DNA of 64,000 nt from assembly GCA_964016885.1 (NCBI GenBank), contig OZ024743.1, positions 336,908,001 to 336,972,000 of the forward strand, given 5' to 3'. The stretch comes from Eledone cirrhosa. Taxonomy: Eukaryota. Position 1 is the first letter of the stretch. Each line of letters opens with the position of its first letter. A program made the translations under genes and the position numbers. The notes under the pieces were generated by a model that saw nothing but the letters and a program-made list of their open reading frames with translations, was not told where the DNA came from and ran no database searches. Below, piece by piece: positions 1 to 11,234 of this stretch.

Positions 1-825
1 GATATCAGATTTTGATGCGCATATCAGTCTAATAGATGGGTTCGAGTTAAAGTCAGATTTATGGTCTTTCGGGTTGAAGTGCGGGCTTTTAGGCGTAAAA
101 GGCTCAGTCCTATCTTCAATCTGGAGCTTTTTTACTATATCACGTGATATGTTGTTCAAGGATGTTAGTGCGGTGGTATTTGCTTTCTTATAGTTTTTTC
201 TAAGTTCTCTATATATGAACTGGTTATATTTATCGATATCCATATGGTACAAATTACCAGTTTTGTCAGAATGGACATGGACCTTGTTTGAATTTTCCAG
301 TTGTAGAAGGGTAGAGTCCAATCCCATTTGGAATTCTGATTTGTGTTTTCTGAACTTTATGTTTTTAATCATGTTCAGTAGGGCGCCCTCAAAATTTTCA
401 AGTTGAATATTATGAGGAGTATTTTAGTATGTTTTGAATCCATAGCGGTACTTCATTTCATTTGTATTGCTTTTGTTGTCAAAATGGTAGGCCTTCCATC
501 CCATTCTCCTAATAAATTGGTTAGTTTTTTGTATGAGCAAGAGTAGATATTCATCTTTAGGGGGAATTGGAATATTCTTCAACGAGGTACCCAAATATTG
601 TTTTTCCATTGTGATGCAGGAATTAGATAAAAAAAAGAGCTCGACTAAATATTATAATCAATTATGAAAAATATATTGAAGGAGCAAAATGCACAGAGGT
701 ATCCATAGTAAGTTGTGGGGTCTATTCTGCATGAAGAACTCGATGTAATCCATATGTTGAAAATGTTGTAGGTTAAGATAAATCCCGGAAAACAATAAAA
801 CATTAAAAGGAAAACAGAGTCATGG
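1..825 (-). mobile_element. Penelope-like element, inverted 5' part (pLTR segment plus N-terminal ORF, decayed)
   Basis: Minus-strand ORF 424-609 (SLKNIPIPPKDEY...FIRRMGWKAYHFD) matches the PLE N-terminus at 36470 (STKNIPMPPKDTY...FINRVRWRTFHYD). Bases ~697-825 are the reverse complement of the element's 3' terminus at ~4231-4360. Confidence 0.85.
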
Positions 826-2435
826 TGGTATTTATCGGGATGATTGTCTATTGTTATCTAACAATCTTAGCAATTCCAATATAGAGAAAAACAAACAACA
901 AATTAGAAAATTCCTCAAAAACTATTACAGCCTTAGCATCACTTTTGAAAACACTTCAAAAGTAGCTAATTTCCTTGACGTTACCTTAGACCTCTCTACG
1001 AATACTTATCAACCTTACCACAAACCTAACCGGAATCTACATTATGTACATTCACGATCTAACCACCCTGGCTCTATACTCAAGAACTTAGTATATAACA
1101 TATCTCTTAGACTTTCTAAATTATCTTCCAATGTAGATATATTTTATAATAATGCACCCTTCTACAACGAGGCCTTAACTAGAAGTGGATATAAAGAAAA
1201 AATCTCATATATCCCCAACACTACTATGGACCAAAATATAAAACCTAGCAAAAACTACAAACACCAAAAAATACCATTGAAACAAATACCTAAAGTGGTT
1301 ATTCCTATTACACCAAACAACGGAAAAACCACAACAACTATTACTGCACGATCTATGACCAATGATATCAACCCACATATGAATACCAAGCACTCAAAAT
1401 CTCATAATCTACCCAATATTAACACCAAATACAACCACGATACTTTACCAAATTCCACAAATAAGGATACTAACCATAGGAATTATTCTAGAACACAACA
1501 CAATAATATAAGTGGTAATAAGAACTTAACTAAAAACCGCAAAAGAAACATAACATGGTACAACGCACCCTTCAATCTGCAAACTATTGGACAAATCCCA
1601 AAAAAATTCTTTGAAATTCTACATAAACATTTTCCACCAAACTACAGATACCACCAAATATTCAACAAATATACTGTTAAATTCTCATACTCTACATCAA
1701 ACAATCTCTAGCAAAATATAAGCAACTACAACATTTATAAACTTAAAAATAATATGACTACACGACCACAACATAATTTAAATAGGACTGTACCTTTTAA
1801 AAAGGCAAATAATACAATCCTTCAACCTAGAAAACACAACCACCCAAATCACCAACACAAAAACAACAGAACACAAAATCACAATTCAACTTTAGCACCA
1901 AACCACCCACAAAGCAACCTTCATTCTCCTGCTATCATTAATTACAATAGGAATAGCTCAAGGATTAATGAGAATAGTATAGACACCCCCAACAACCATC
2001 TTACCTATGGCTGTAATTGCAGAAATAGAAGCATTTGCCCCTTAAATGGCAACTGTTTGATTAATAATATATATATAAATGCACTGTGTCTACTACAGAC
2101 TCCAACAAAACATATATAGGATCTACATCAAACACATTTAAGAAAAGATTTTACGCACACCCTAGTAGTTTCAACAATACTAAACTAGCTAACACCACAT
2201 CTTTAGCTGAAGCGGTAAATAATTATAAAAGGAAAAAAATAGATTTCAAGTAATCATGGAACACCATTCTACAAAGAACTCCATATCTTGGGAACAGGAG
2301 GGAATGCAGATTATGTTCAGGGGAGATCTTGGAAATTACTAATCTAAGGACGATTTATTAAATAAAAGGCAGGAACTGATCATAGTTTGTAATCACCGTA
2401 TACGAAGAATATTTAAATACTATAAACCTAATTAA
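826..2435 (+). pseudogene. PLE RT/GIY-YIG ORF remnant with stops and frameshifts
   Basis: ORFs 851-1711 and 1754-2119 plus frameshifted YIGSTSNTFKKRF and LLNKRQEL, ending KYYKPN*. Confidence 0.85.
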
Positions 2436-2674
2436 ATATTCTAAATAGCAACTCACTATAATTCTATATAGAGTAACATTTATTAGTACCCCTTTCCCCT
2501 AATTATATGCATTCATGCTTATTTTTTACCTTTTAATGTTTTAGCTTCCTTAGGTTTATGCGTTAATGACACAAGGTACACAACCACCCGGAATTACATG
2601 AGTAAATATATATCTATGTATGATATGGAAATATATTTATGTGTATGTGTATATATATATTTTTGTATGTGTAC

Positions 2675-2715
<41 letters not shown>

Positions 2716-2850
2716 TATGTATGTGTGTGTGTATGTGTGTATATATATGTGTGTATATGTGAGTATATGTGTATGAGTGTTTATATACGAGTGTGTGTAC
2801 ATGTATAAGGTGTGTACATACACATATATATGTGTATGTATATATGTATA

Positions 2851-2923
<73 letters not shown>

Positions 2924-2930
<7 letters not shown>

Positions 2931-3031
2931 GAGCCCACTTCAATATATATCTATTGATGGTATACAAGCTCCTACATAAATTGGTATAATTTAACCCAAA
3001 TTGTAGGAATCCTATAATGAAACGAGACGTC
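2924..3031 (+). ncRNA. 3' half of a hammerhead-like motif (core lost to (TA)n)
   Basis: ATTATAGGA (2924-2932) pairs with TCCTATAAT (3010-3018), directly followed by GAAAC-GAGAC-GTC. No CUGANGA is present. Confidence 0.35.
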
Positions 3032-3210
3032 CGTCTGGGAAGAGATATATTCGATATGTCTCATATGAAATAATACAGCCAATTTTCCACGCAATACTTT
3101 TAGTTATCACCCCGAACGCATAATTGGGAAAATAATCACTTATTTCCTAATGTTTGTTGAGTGAGTTGGAATTTGGCCGGAGTATCGCTAAAAAGCTTTC
3201 TCCGATATTG

Positions 3211-3287
<77 letters not shown>

Positions 3288-4038
3288 TGTGTATATATAT
3301 ATATATATGTGTGTATGTGTGGGTATAGGTGTGTATGTGTAGATATAGATATGTATGGATATGTGTGTTAATGATTATGTGCACATGTGTAAATGTGTGT
3401 TTAGGTTTGCATCTATTTGTGCGTATGTATATTTTTGGTTGGATATCAATATAACTGTACCTCTCTATATATAGTGTGGATATATGCACTTTGTAATCTA
3501 TGAAATGTATGTGTTTTAACTATGCCAACATGTATTTATGAGAGTTTGATTATTTATACATAAACATACTTGATAGTATTTTAGAGCGTATCATATGCTG
3601 TATTATACTAAGTGCAATTTACCACACCGTACTATATTGTGTTGGTTATGTTGTATATTATCGCATCACTGTATTTCATTATCTCATTATAATTTTCATA
3701 TTTTAATATACTATCTTTCCTAGACATAACCTTAATTTATATTCATCTAAAAACTCAATACAACAGTAATCACCATTAATTTTACATTCCTTTTAAATTT
3801 CACTATACCAGATACATTCAACTATCAGTTTGACAATGCCTTTCCTCCTAATAGATTTTTATGCCAATTCTACTATTAACACCATTCAACCATTCCTTTC
3901 AAAGAGTCATGAACTCAACTAAAGTGTATTACTTTTCATCTTAACACCATATGAAAATAACAATTTTGTTAGTTAGTTCTTCACATACCTCCAAATAAGG
4001 ACATGATACTAACATACTACTAATTCTGAATAAAATTA

Positions 4039-4182
4039 TTATTGCTTTTGAAAATAGCTGGTGATATGCATGTAAATAAATATTCTCTTTATCTGATATT
4101 TTGTAACTAACCTTACATAGATCAATAACAGAGTATAGCTACAATGTATTATCATCATCTAGAAACGATCGTAAAGCAGTGA
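4039..4182 (+). ncRNA. Type I hammerhead ribozyme, U3-A8 core variant with long stem II
   Basis: Stem I TTATTGCTT/AAGCAGTGA, core TTGAAAA (4048-4054), stem II TAGCTGGTGATA...TATCATCATCTA, then GAAAC-GATC-GTA (4162-4173). Confidence 0.75.
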
Positions 4183-4357
4183 AGTATATCTCTAATGACT
4201 TGATTTTTTATTTCATTGTTTTAACTTATATCATGACTCTGTTTTCCTTTTAATGTTTTATTGTTTTCCGGGATTTATCTTAACCTACAACATTTTCAAC
4301 ATATGGATTACATCGAGTTCTTCATGCAGAATAGACCCCACAACTTACTGTGGATAC

Positions 4358-4395
<38 letters not shown>

Positions 4396-4496
4396 ATGTA
4401 TATATAATGTATTTTGCAATACACTTTATGCTTAATTAAAAGCATTTTGAAGACCGTAAGCTATTGTTTTAAAGTAGTGACAAATTCACTCACTTT

Positions 4497-4589
4497 GATC
4501 TCAGCAAACAGGGGAGATAAGCCGACAAGTCTTGTTTCGCTTTGGTTGAAGCTTATCAAGGTAAGCTACCCCTCCTGTATACCGAGATC
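4497..4589 (-). ncRNA. Type I hammerhead ribozyme, U3-A8 variant
   Basis: Reverse strand reads CC-TTGATAA-GCTT caacca AAGC-GAAAC-AAGACTT-GTC-GG within a long imperfect stem I (GATCTC...GAGATC). Confidence 0.75.
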
Positions 4590-4863
4590 ACTGATGTTAT
4601 ATTCTTATAGAAATCTAGTAAATAATCAGGAGCTGAGATCAAAGTGAGTGAATTTGTCACTACTTTAAAACAATAGCTTACGGTCTTCAAAATGCTTTTA
4701 ATTAAGCATAAAGTGTATTGCAAAATACATTATATATACATCCATATATATATTGCTATTTCAGAGCTCCAATTCTAATTTTTAATTTCTGCCTGACCAA
4801 CAACCGCTCTGCATAATCAGCTCCTGATTATTTACTAGATTTCTATAAGAATATAGCATCAGT

Positions 4864-4956
4864 GATCTCGGTAGACAGGAGGGGTAGTTGGCCTTGATAA
4901 GCTTCAACCAAAGCGAAACAAGACTTGTCGGCTTATCTCCCCTGTTTGCTGAGATC
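4864..4956 (+). ncRNA. Type I hammerhead ribozyme, U3-A8 variant
   Basis: GCC-TTGATAA(4894-4900)-GCTT caacca AAGC-GAAAC-AAGACTT-GTC(4927-4929)-GGC, with extended stem I GATCTCGGTAGACAGG/CCTGTTTGCTGAGATC. Confidence 0.8.
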
Positions 4957-5093
4957 AAAGTGAGTGAATTTGTCACTACTTTAAAACAATAGCTTACGGT
5001 CTTCAAAATGCTTTTAATTAAGCATAAAGTGTATTGCAAAATACATTATATATACATCCATATATATATTGCTATTTCAGAGCTCCAATTCTA

Positions 5094-6274
<1,181 letters not shown>

Positions 6275-6309
6275 AAAGAATAGAGGTGTAACACACAACT
6301 TATTATATA

Positions 6310-6800
6310 TTGGTAAACGGAATAGAAAATGCTGACAAATTGTTCACAGTTGAAAAATGGTTTAATTAGGAATAAAAGAGTATTAGTAATTGTATGGGTT
6401 AGTATTCAGTTGTGGTTTTAAGTTTTTAAGATTTTACCGGTTGCGCATTTCTAAATGCTTTTCAAAAATAATTTTGAGACAGAGTGTCCGTGCTGTTTGC
6501 TCTGATCTGATTAGTTTTGGGAATTCTACCTGTTTTTATGTTAAAAAAGTGGCTCCAGCGCTACTTTGTTGTTGCAAAAATTCTTGTGGTCAAAACAATT
6601 TTGATTGGTCGGTAGAGGTCATGTGAATGTAAAAAATTGATTTTGCGCCAAGACTGTTTTTATGTTAAAAAAGTGGCTCCAGCGCTACTTGGTGTTTGCA
6701 AAAATTCTTGTGGTCAAAACAATTTTGATTGGTCGGTAGAGGTCATGTGAATAAAAAATTGGTTTTGCGCCAAGATTGAGAAATGACTCTTTCACAACAA

Positions 6801-6803
<3 letters not shown>
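6310..6803. repeat. Interspersed repeat with an internal tandem duplication (second copy at ~60585-61080)
   Basis: Near-identical to 60585-61080. The block CTGTTTTTATGTTAAAAAAGTGGCTCC...GCGCCAAGA occurs twice in tandem. Confidence 0.85.
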
Positions 6804-6848
<45 letters not shown>

Positions 6849-7015
6849 CAGAGTAATTCGTGGTAGCAGGGATGGTCAGTAAGAATGTGTCTTGTAAGCA
6901 ATTTAGCATGTCAAAAGATATTTTTCAGCTTTTGTCTTATACGGAGAAGTGCGTGTGTGTGTGTGTGTGTATAAGTCTCTTTGTATGTTAATGTACGCGT
7001 GTGTATGTGTGTGTG

Positions 7016-7128
<113 letters not shown>

Positions 7129-7729
7129 GTGTGTGCGTGTGTGTGTGAGGATGTGTGTGTGGACCAGTATTTTTTTCCCCTGGTAAGAGATCACAAATAT
7201 TTAAATAAACTCATCAACTTCTAGACCGTCTGCAGTTTCAACGACTTAACTTAAAGTACCACGTAAGATAGACCACGGAGAAATATATAACTCTGTTGGT
7301 GTAATATTTGTGCTAGAAGAGAATTGATTAGATAGGCAGGTCAGAGAGAGAGAAAAATAAAGCGCGTCCAGTCGGCCTCAGGTCATCGTAAGAAAGGAAG
7401 AACAGTGGCTCTGTAAGCAGAAGTGACAGATACCATGATAGAGGTTAGTTGGTTATATCTTTCCTCTTCCTTTATTCACCTTTCTTTCGTTCTTTCTCTC
7501 ACTTTCCTCTTACTGCTTCTTTTCTCTCATCCTCCGTGCTCCTACCCGTCACTACTACACGTCACTCCCGATGAACCACTAGTCGGATGAACAGATGGAT
7601 GCCAAAGTCGAGTACATAGCTTCCATATGTGACCTTGAGCCTTTCGTCTGCAAAACGCTCGTAAGAGGTCGATTATCAAGACATCGTTGTTTCTTATTTT
7701 ATATATATGAGTGTGTGTGTGTGTGTGTG

Positions 7730-7816
<87 letters not shown>

Positions 7817-8510
7817 TGTGTGTAATGTAATATAATATAATATAAAACCTAATTAAGAATTAGGCCTAATCTTTAGCCTAACATCATATATTGGCTCTTA
7901 GGTGGCTTTAGCAGATTCTGCTCTATGACATACATTCGAACCAGGTGTTCTTTTTTATATTACCTTTCTTTCTTCTCTCGGGTCTTTTAAAACTATTATA
8001 GACACAGTTCTTTCCTCTCTGACTTAGCATTTGGACAAACACACACAAAGACATTTACACATACACATATGCACAGCACCATGTGTCCACGCACACACAC
8101 TTGCACACGCACACACATAAACACACTGATGAGCGGAAGATATTCATATACCAGGATTTGACAAATCGCTTGCTTTTCCTTCCAATCGCTGTCGAGACGT
8201 CTCGTGTCCTCGGTTTCCGAATTGCCGTTTTCTTCTGCAAAATGAATGGTGGGAGTGCATAACGCATGAGGAAGAAACCCAGTGTGAAGTAACTGATGAC
8301 GAAGCGGGTGAAGCTCGTTGTTCTTGGTGGAGTGCAGCTGAGACATACCACACACACCAGGTTTTAAAGTGTGCTTCTCGCCCTTTTTTCAGGTTTTCAT
8401 TACTTAATTCTTTTTTATTGTAGACCTTATATATGTGTTTGTTTGTGTGTGCCTATATATGTGTGTCTCAATGTATCTGTGTGTGTCTCTGTGTGTCTAT
8501 GTGTGTGTGA

Positions 8511-8680
8511 GATTGAAGATTTAATACAATAGCTGAAGCGTCGGTGTTTTGCATTGTTTGTCACGGCATTTTACGTACTGAGTTCAAATCCCGCAAAGGG
8601 CAACTTTGCTCATCGTCCTTTCAAGGTCGATAAAATAAAATACCAATGAAGTATTAGATCTGCAAAAATTAGAAACTATT
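8511..8680 (+). mobile_element. tRNA-derived SINE (diverged)
   Basis: B-box GAGTTCAAATCC followed by AACTTTGC..CATC...GGTCGATAAAATAAA.TACCA, shared with the other SINE copies. Confidence 0.7.
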
Positions 8681-8752
8681 ATATATATATATGCGGTGTG
8701 TGTGTGTATGTGTGTGTGTGCGCGCGCGCGCGTGTGTGTGCATGTGTGTGTG

Positions 8753-8845
<93 letters not shown>

Positions 8846-8847
<2 letters not shown>

Positions 8848-10291
8848 GCCTTCGGGGATAGTTGCTGAGATATTGAAAACATCTGGAATGGTGGGATATA
8901 CTATAGATATCCGGATAGTAAACCAAGTAATACAGAATGGGGTCATACCAATTGACTGGCGCAGCAGCATCATTGTTAACTGCTCATGGGAACTTCTATA
9001 TACAGATGATTTAACTCTCATAGCTGATACTATGGCTGAACTAGAGAAGAAATTCCAAATATGGAAGCATGGCATAGAATCAAAAGGTCTTAAAGTTAAC
9101 TTGTCTAAGACCAAAGTTCTAGTATATAGAAAGGAAAATAAGGCACAGGTTCCCTCTGATAAATAGCCTTGCACAGTGTGTAGGAAAGGAGTACCCAAAT
9201 GGGTACATAAAAGTTGTAGTGGGGTCACAGGCAGACTATCAAAGAACGTAGTACCAATGCAGTATTAGAACGTGTGGTCGTTGCTCATGTGCAGTAAGTA
9301 GCAAGTGCCCTTTAGACAATAGCTTTCCGTTTCCTGGGTGACAAAATCAACTGTGGAGGAGGTTGTTCTGAAAGTACAGTAGCCAGATTAAGAACGGGAT
9401 TGAAAAATTCAGAGATAATACCACTGTTGGCCACAAAAGGTTTCTCTCTAAAAATGAAAGGCAGATTGTATGGTGCTTATATACGAACAGCAATGTTACA
9501 TGGTAGTGAGTCATGGACATTTTGTGCAGAGGATCTGCGCAGATAAGAAAGAAATGAAGCATGCATGCTCCGATGGATGTGTAATAGTAATATACACGAA
9601 CGGCAAAGCGTAAATGAACTAAATGAGAAATTAGGCATAAGAGGTATCAGATGCAGTATAAGAGGGGATTGCGTTGATATTGCCATGTGATGTGTATGAA
9701 GTACGATAGCTGTATAGAAAAGTGAAGGGTGATCAAATTGATGGAAGCTACGGAGTAGGAAGACCCAGAAAGTCCTGGGACGTGGTTATAAAAGTTGACC
9801 TTGCACACTCGCACCTCTCTAAGACAATGACACAGGATCGAGATCGTTGGAGCTATGCAGTAATACAGAAGACCCGTCTTCACTTGGGCATGGGTTTAAA
9901 CCTACATTCAGTAGGCACCTCATAATTCAATATACACGCCACACCCTCTATACACCTCCCTCCCACTTCCGCCTAAACCACCCTTACTCTGTAAAGTTAT
10001 GTTGGTATTACAAAACATCCAGCCCACATTGTAAAGCGGTCGTTAGGTGTCACAAAGAAAAGCACATAATTCATACTGTAAAATGGTCGTGTAGGAGACA
10101 CGGCAAAAAGCACCCAGTACACACTGTAAATGTTGTTGGCGTTTAAAAGAACATCAGGCCGTGGAAAACCAGCCAGAAACAGTCCTATATGAGCAAGAGA
10201 CGGTCACCTGACCCAACTTGCTTCAAATGAGACAAACCCAGCTAACCCATGCTAACGTGGAAAATAGACGTTAAACGATGATGATGATGAC
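8846..10291 (+). mobile_element. RTE-clade LINE remnant, internally deleted, with (GAT)n tail
   Basis: [21 protein letters not shown] is fused to WELLYTDDLTLIA...GLKVNLSKTKVL. Decayed C-terminus and 3' tail ending GACGTTAAACGATGATGATG. Confidence 0.85.
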
Positions 10292-10336
10292 GAGGAGGAT
10301 ATATATATATATATCATCCTCCTCCTCATCACCATC

Positions 10337-10458
<122 letters not shown>

Positions 10459-10590
10459 ATGTATTTATGCATGTATATGAACTTACAATATATACATATA
10501 TAAATGTATGTGGCAGGGGGTGCAATAAGATTTGTGTAGATGTGTTTGATGCTCTATGATCTTAATTCCTATATTTACATTTTTTTACAG

Positions 10591-10943
10591 GTCCTAAGTA
10601 TCCTAAAACTTACTACTTTAGAAATGGAGTCATAAGAATAGCAACTACAATCAGAATTGAAAGCGAAGACGGAGACTATGTTAAGATCTGTTTCAATATT
10701 TCATACAGTGTTATGTTTCTCAAAAGATCAAAAAACCTCGGTTGTTTCAGCAAACGGTTTAAATTAAGTGAAGACAGCTCAGTGGAGAATATGAAATATT
10801 TGAATTCGTTGGATCTACAAAAGGATGATACTGTCGAGAGTTACAGAATGGTAAATCCCGTTGAAACAAAGCAAAATGAAGATTCTCTTATTTGGCACAA
10901 GGATGACCAACCAATCCTTTTCGAAGAAAAGGGGGGAAATTAG
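10591..10943 (+). CDS. Candidate terminal coding exon of an unidentified host gene (~117 codons)
   Basis: Acceptor TTTACATTTTTTTACAG| at 10590. The frame is open from (G)PKYPKTYYFRNGVIRIATT... into ORF 10713-10943, in non-repetitive sequence. Confidence 0.6.
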
Positions 10944-11079
10944 ATTCGTTTATTTATAATCTGTTTAAAAAACAAAGAATCAATTTATAAAATAAATAAA
11001 TAGTAAGATATCTTAATAGGTCAAAATAATGAAAATAAATCTTAAAGTGAAACAAATGTTAATTGAATATTATCTGATT

Positions 11080-11117
11080 AATAAATATTTCAATCATTTC
11101 CTGTGTTGTGTACTTTC
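11080..11117 (+). promoter_or_regulatory. Candidate polyadenylation signal with downstream GU-rich element
   Basis: AATAAA at 11080-11085, then TGTGTTGTGTACTTT ~17 nt later. Further AATAAA at ~10991-11000. Confidence 0.45.
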
Positions 11118-11234
11118 TACTTTCATTACATAATTATATCTCTTGTTTCATTTTACATGAAAGATATCCATAGGAATTTTAATTTAACACCCAGAGTTGA
11201 TTACTACACCTGACATCATATAATAACACATATA

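Larger units (their letters stand above)
826..4362 (+). mobile_element. Penelope-like retroelement (Neptune-type), 5'-truncated, with 3' UTR and pLTR ending in (TA)n
   Basis: Starts at GIYRDD, followed by FLDVTLDL, YHKPN, SNHP, WYNAPF, CNCR..CPLNGNCL and YIGSTS. An HHR lies near the 3' end, and the terminus abuts (TA)n at ~4363. Confidence 0.88.
4386..5100. mobile_element. Non-coding HHR-bearing element in inverted plus tandem arrangement (probable PLE terminus)
   Basis: Minus copy ~4386-4636, partial plus copy ~4632-4784 and full plus copy ~4817-5100. Both plus copies end in ...GAGCTCCAATTCTAATTTTTA. Flanked by (TA)n on both sides. Confidence 0.8.

Noticed and set aside
7562-7616. HHR-like ACTC-CCGATGA...GAAC...GTC-GAGT
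   Set aside because: GAAA is incomplete and stems II and III are poor. Single copy.
8124-8325. CTGATGA at ~8126 and ~8293
   Set aside because: No paired stem II with GAAA and no stem I.
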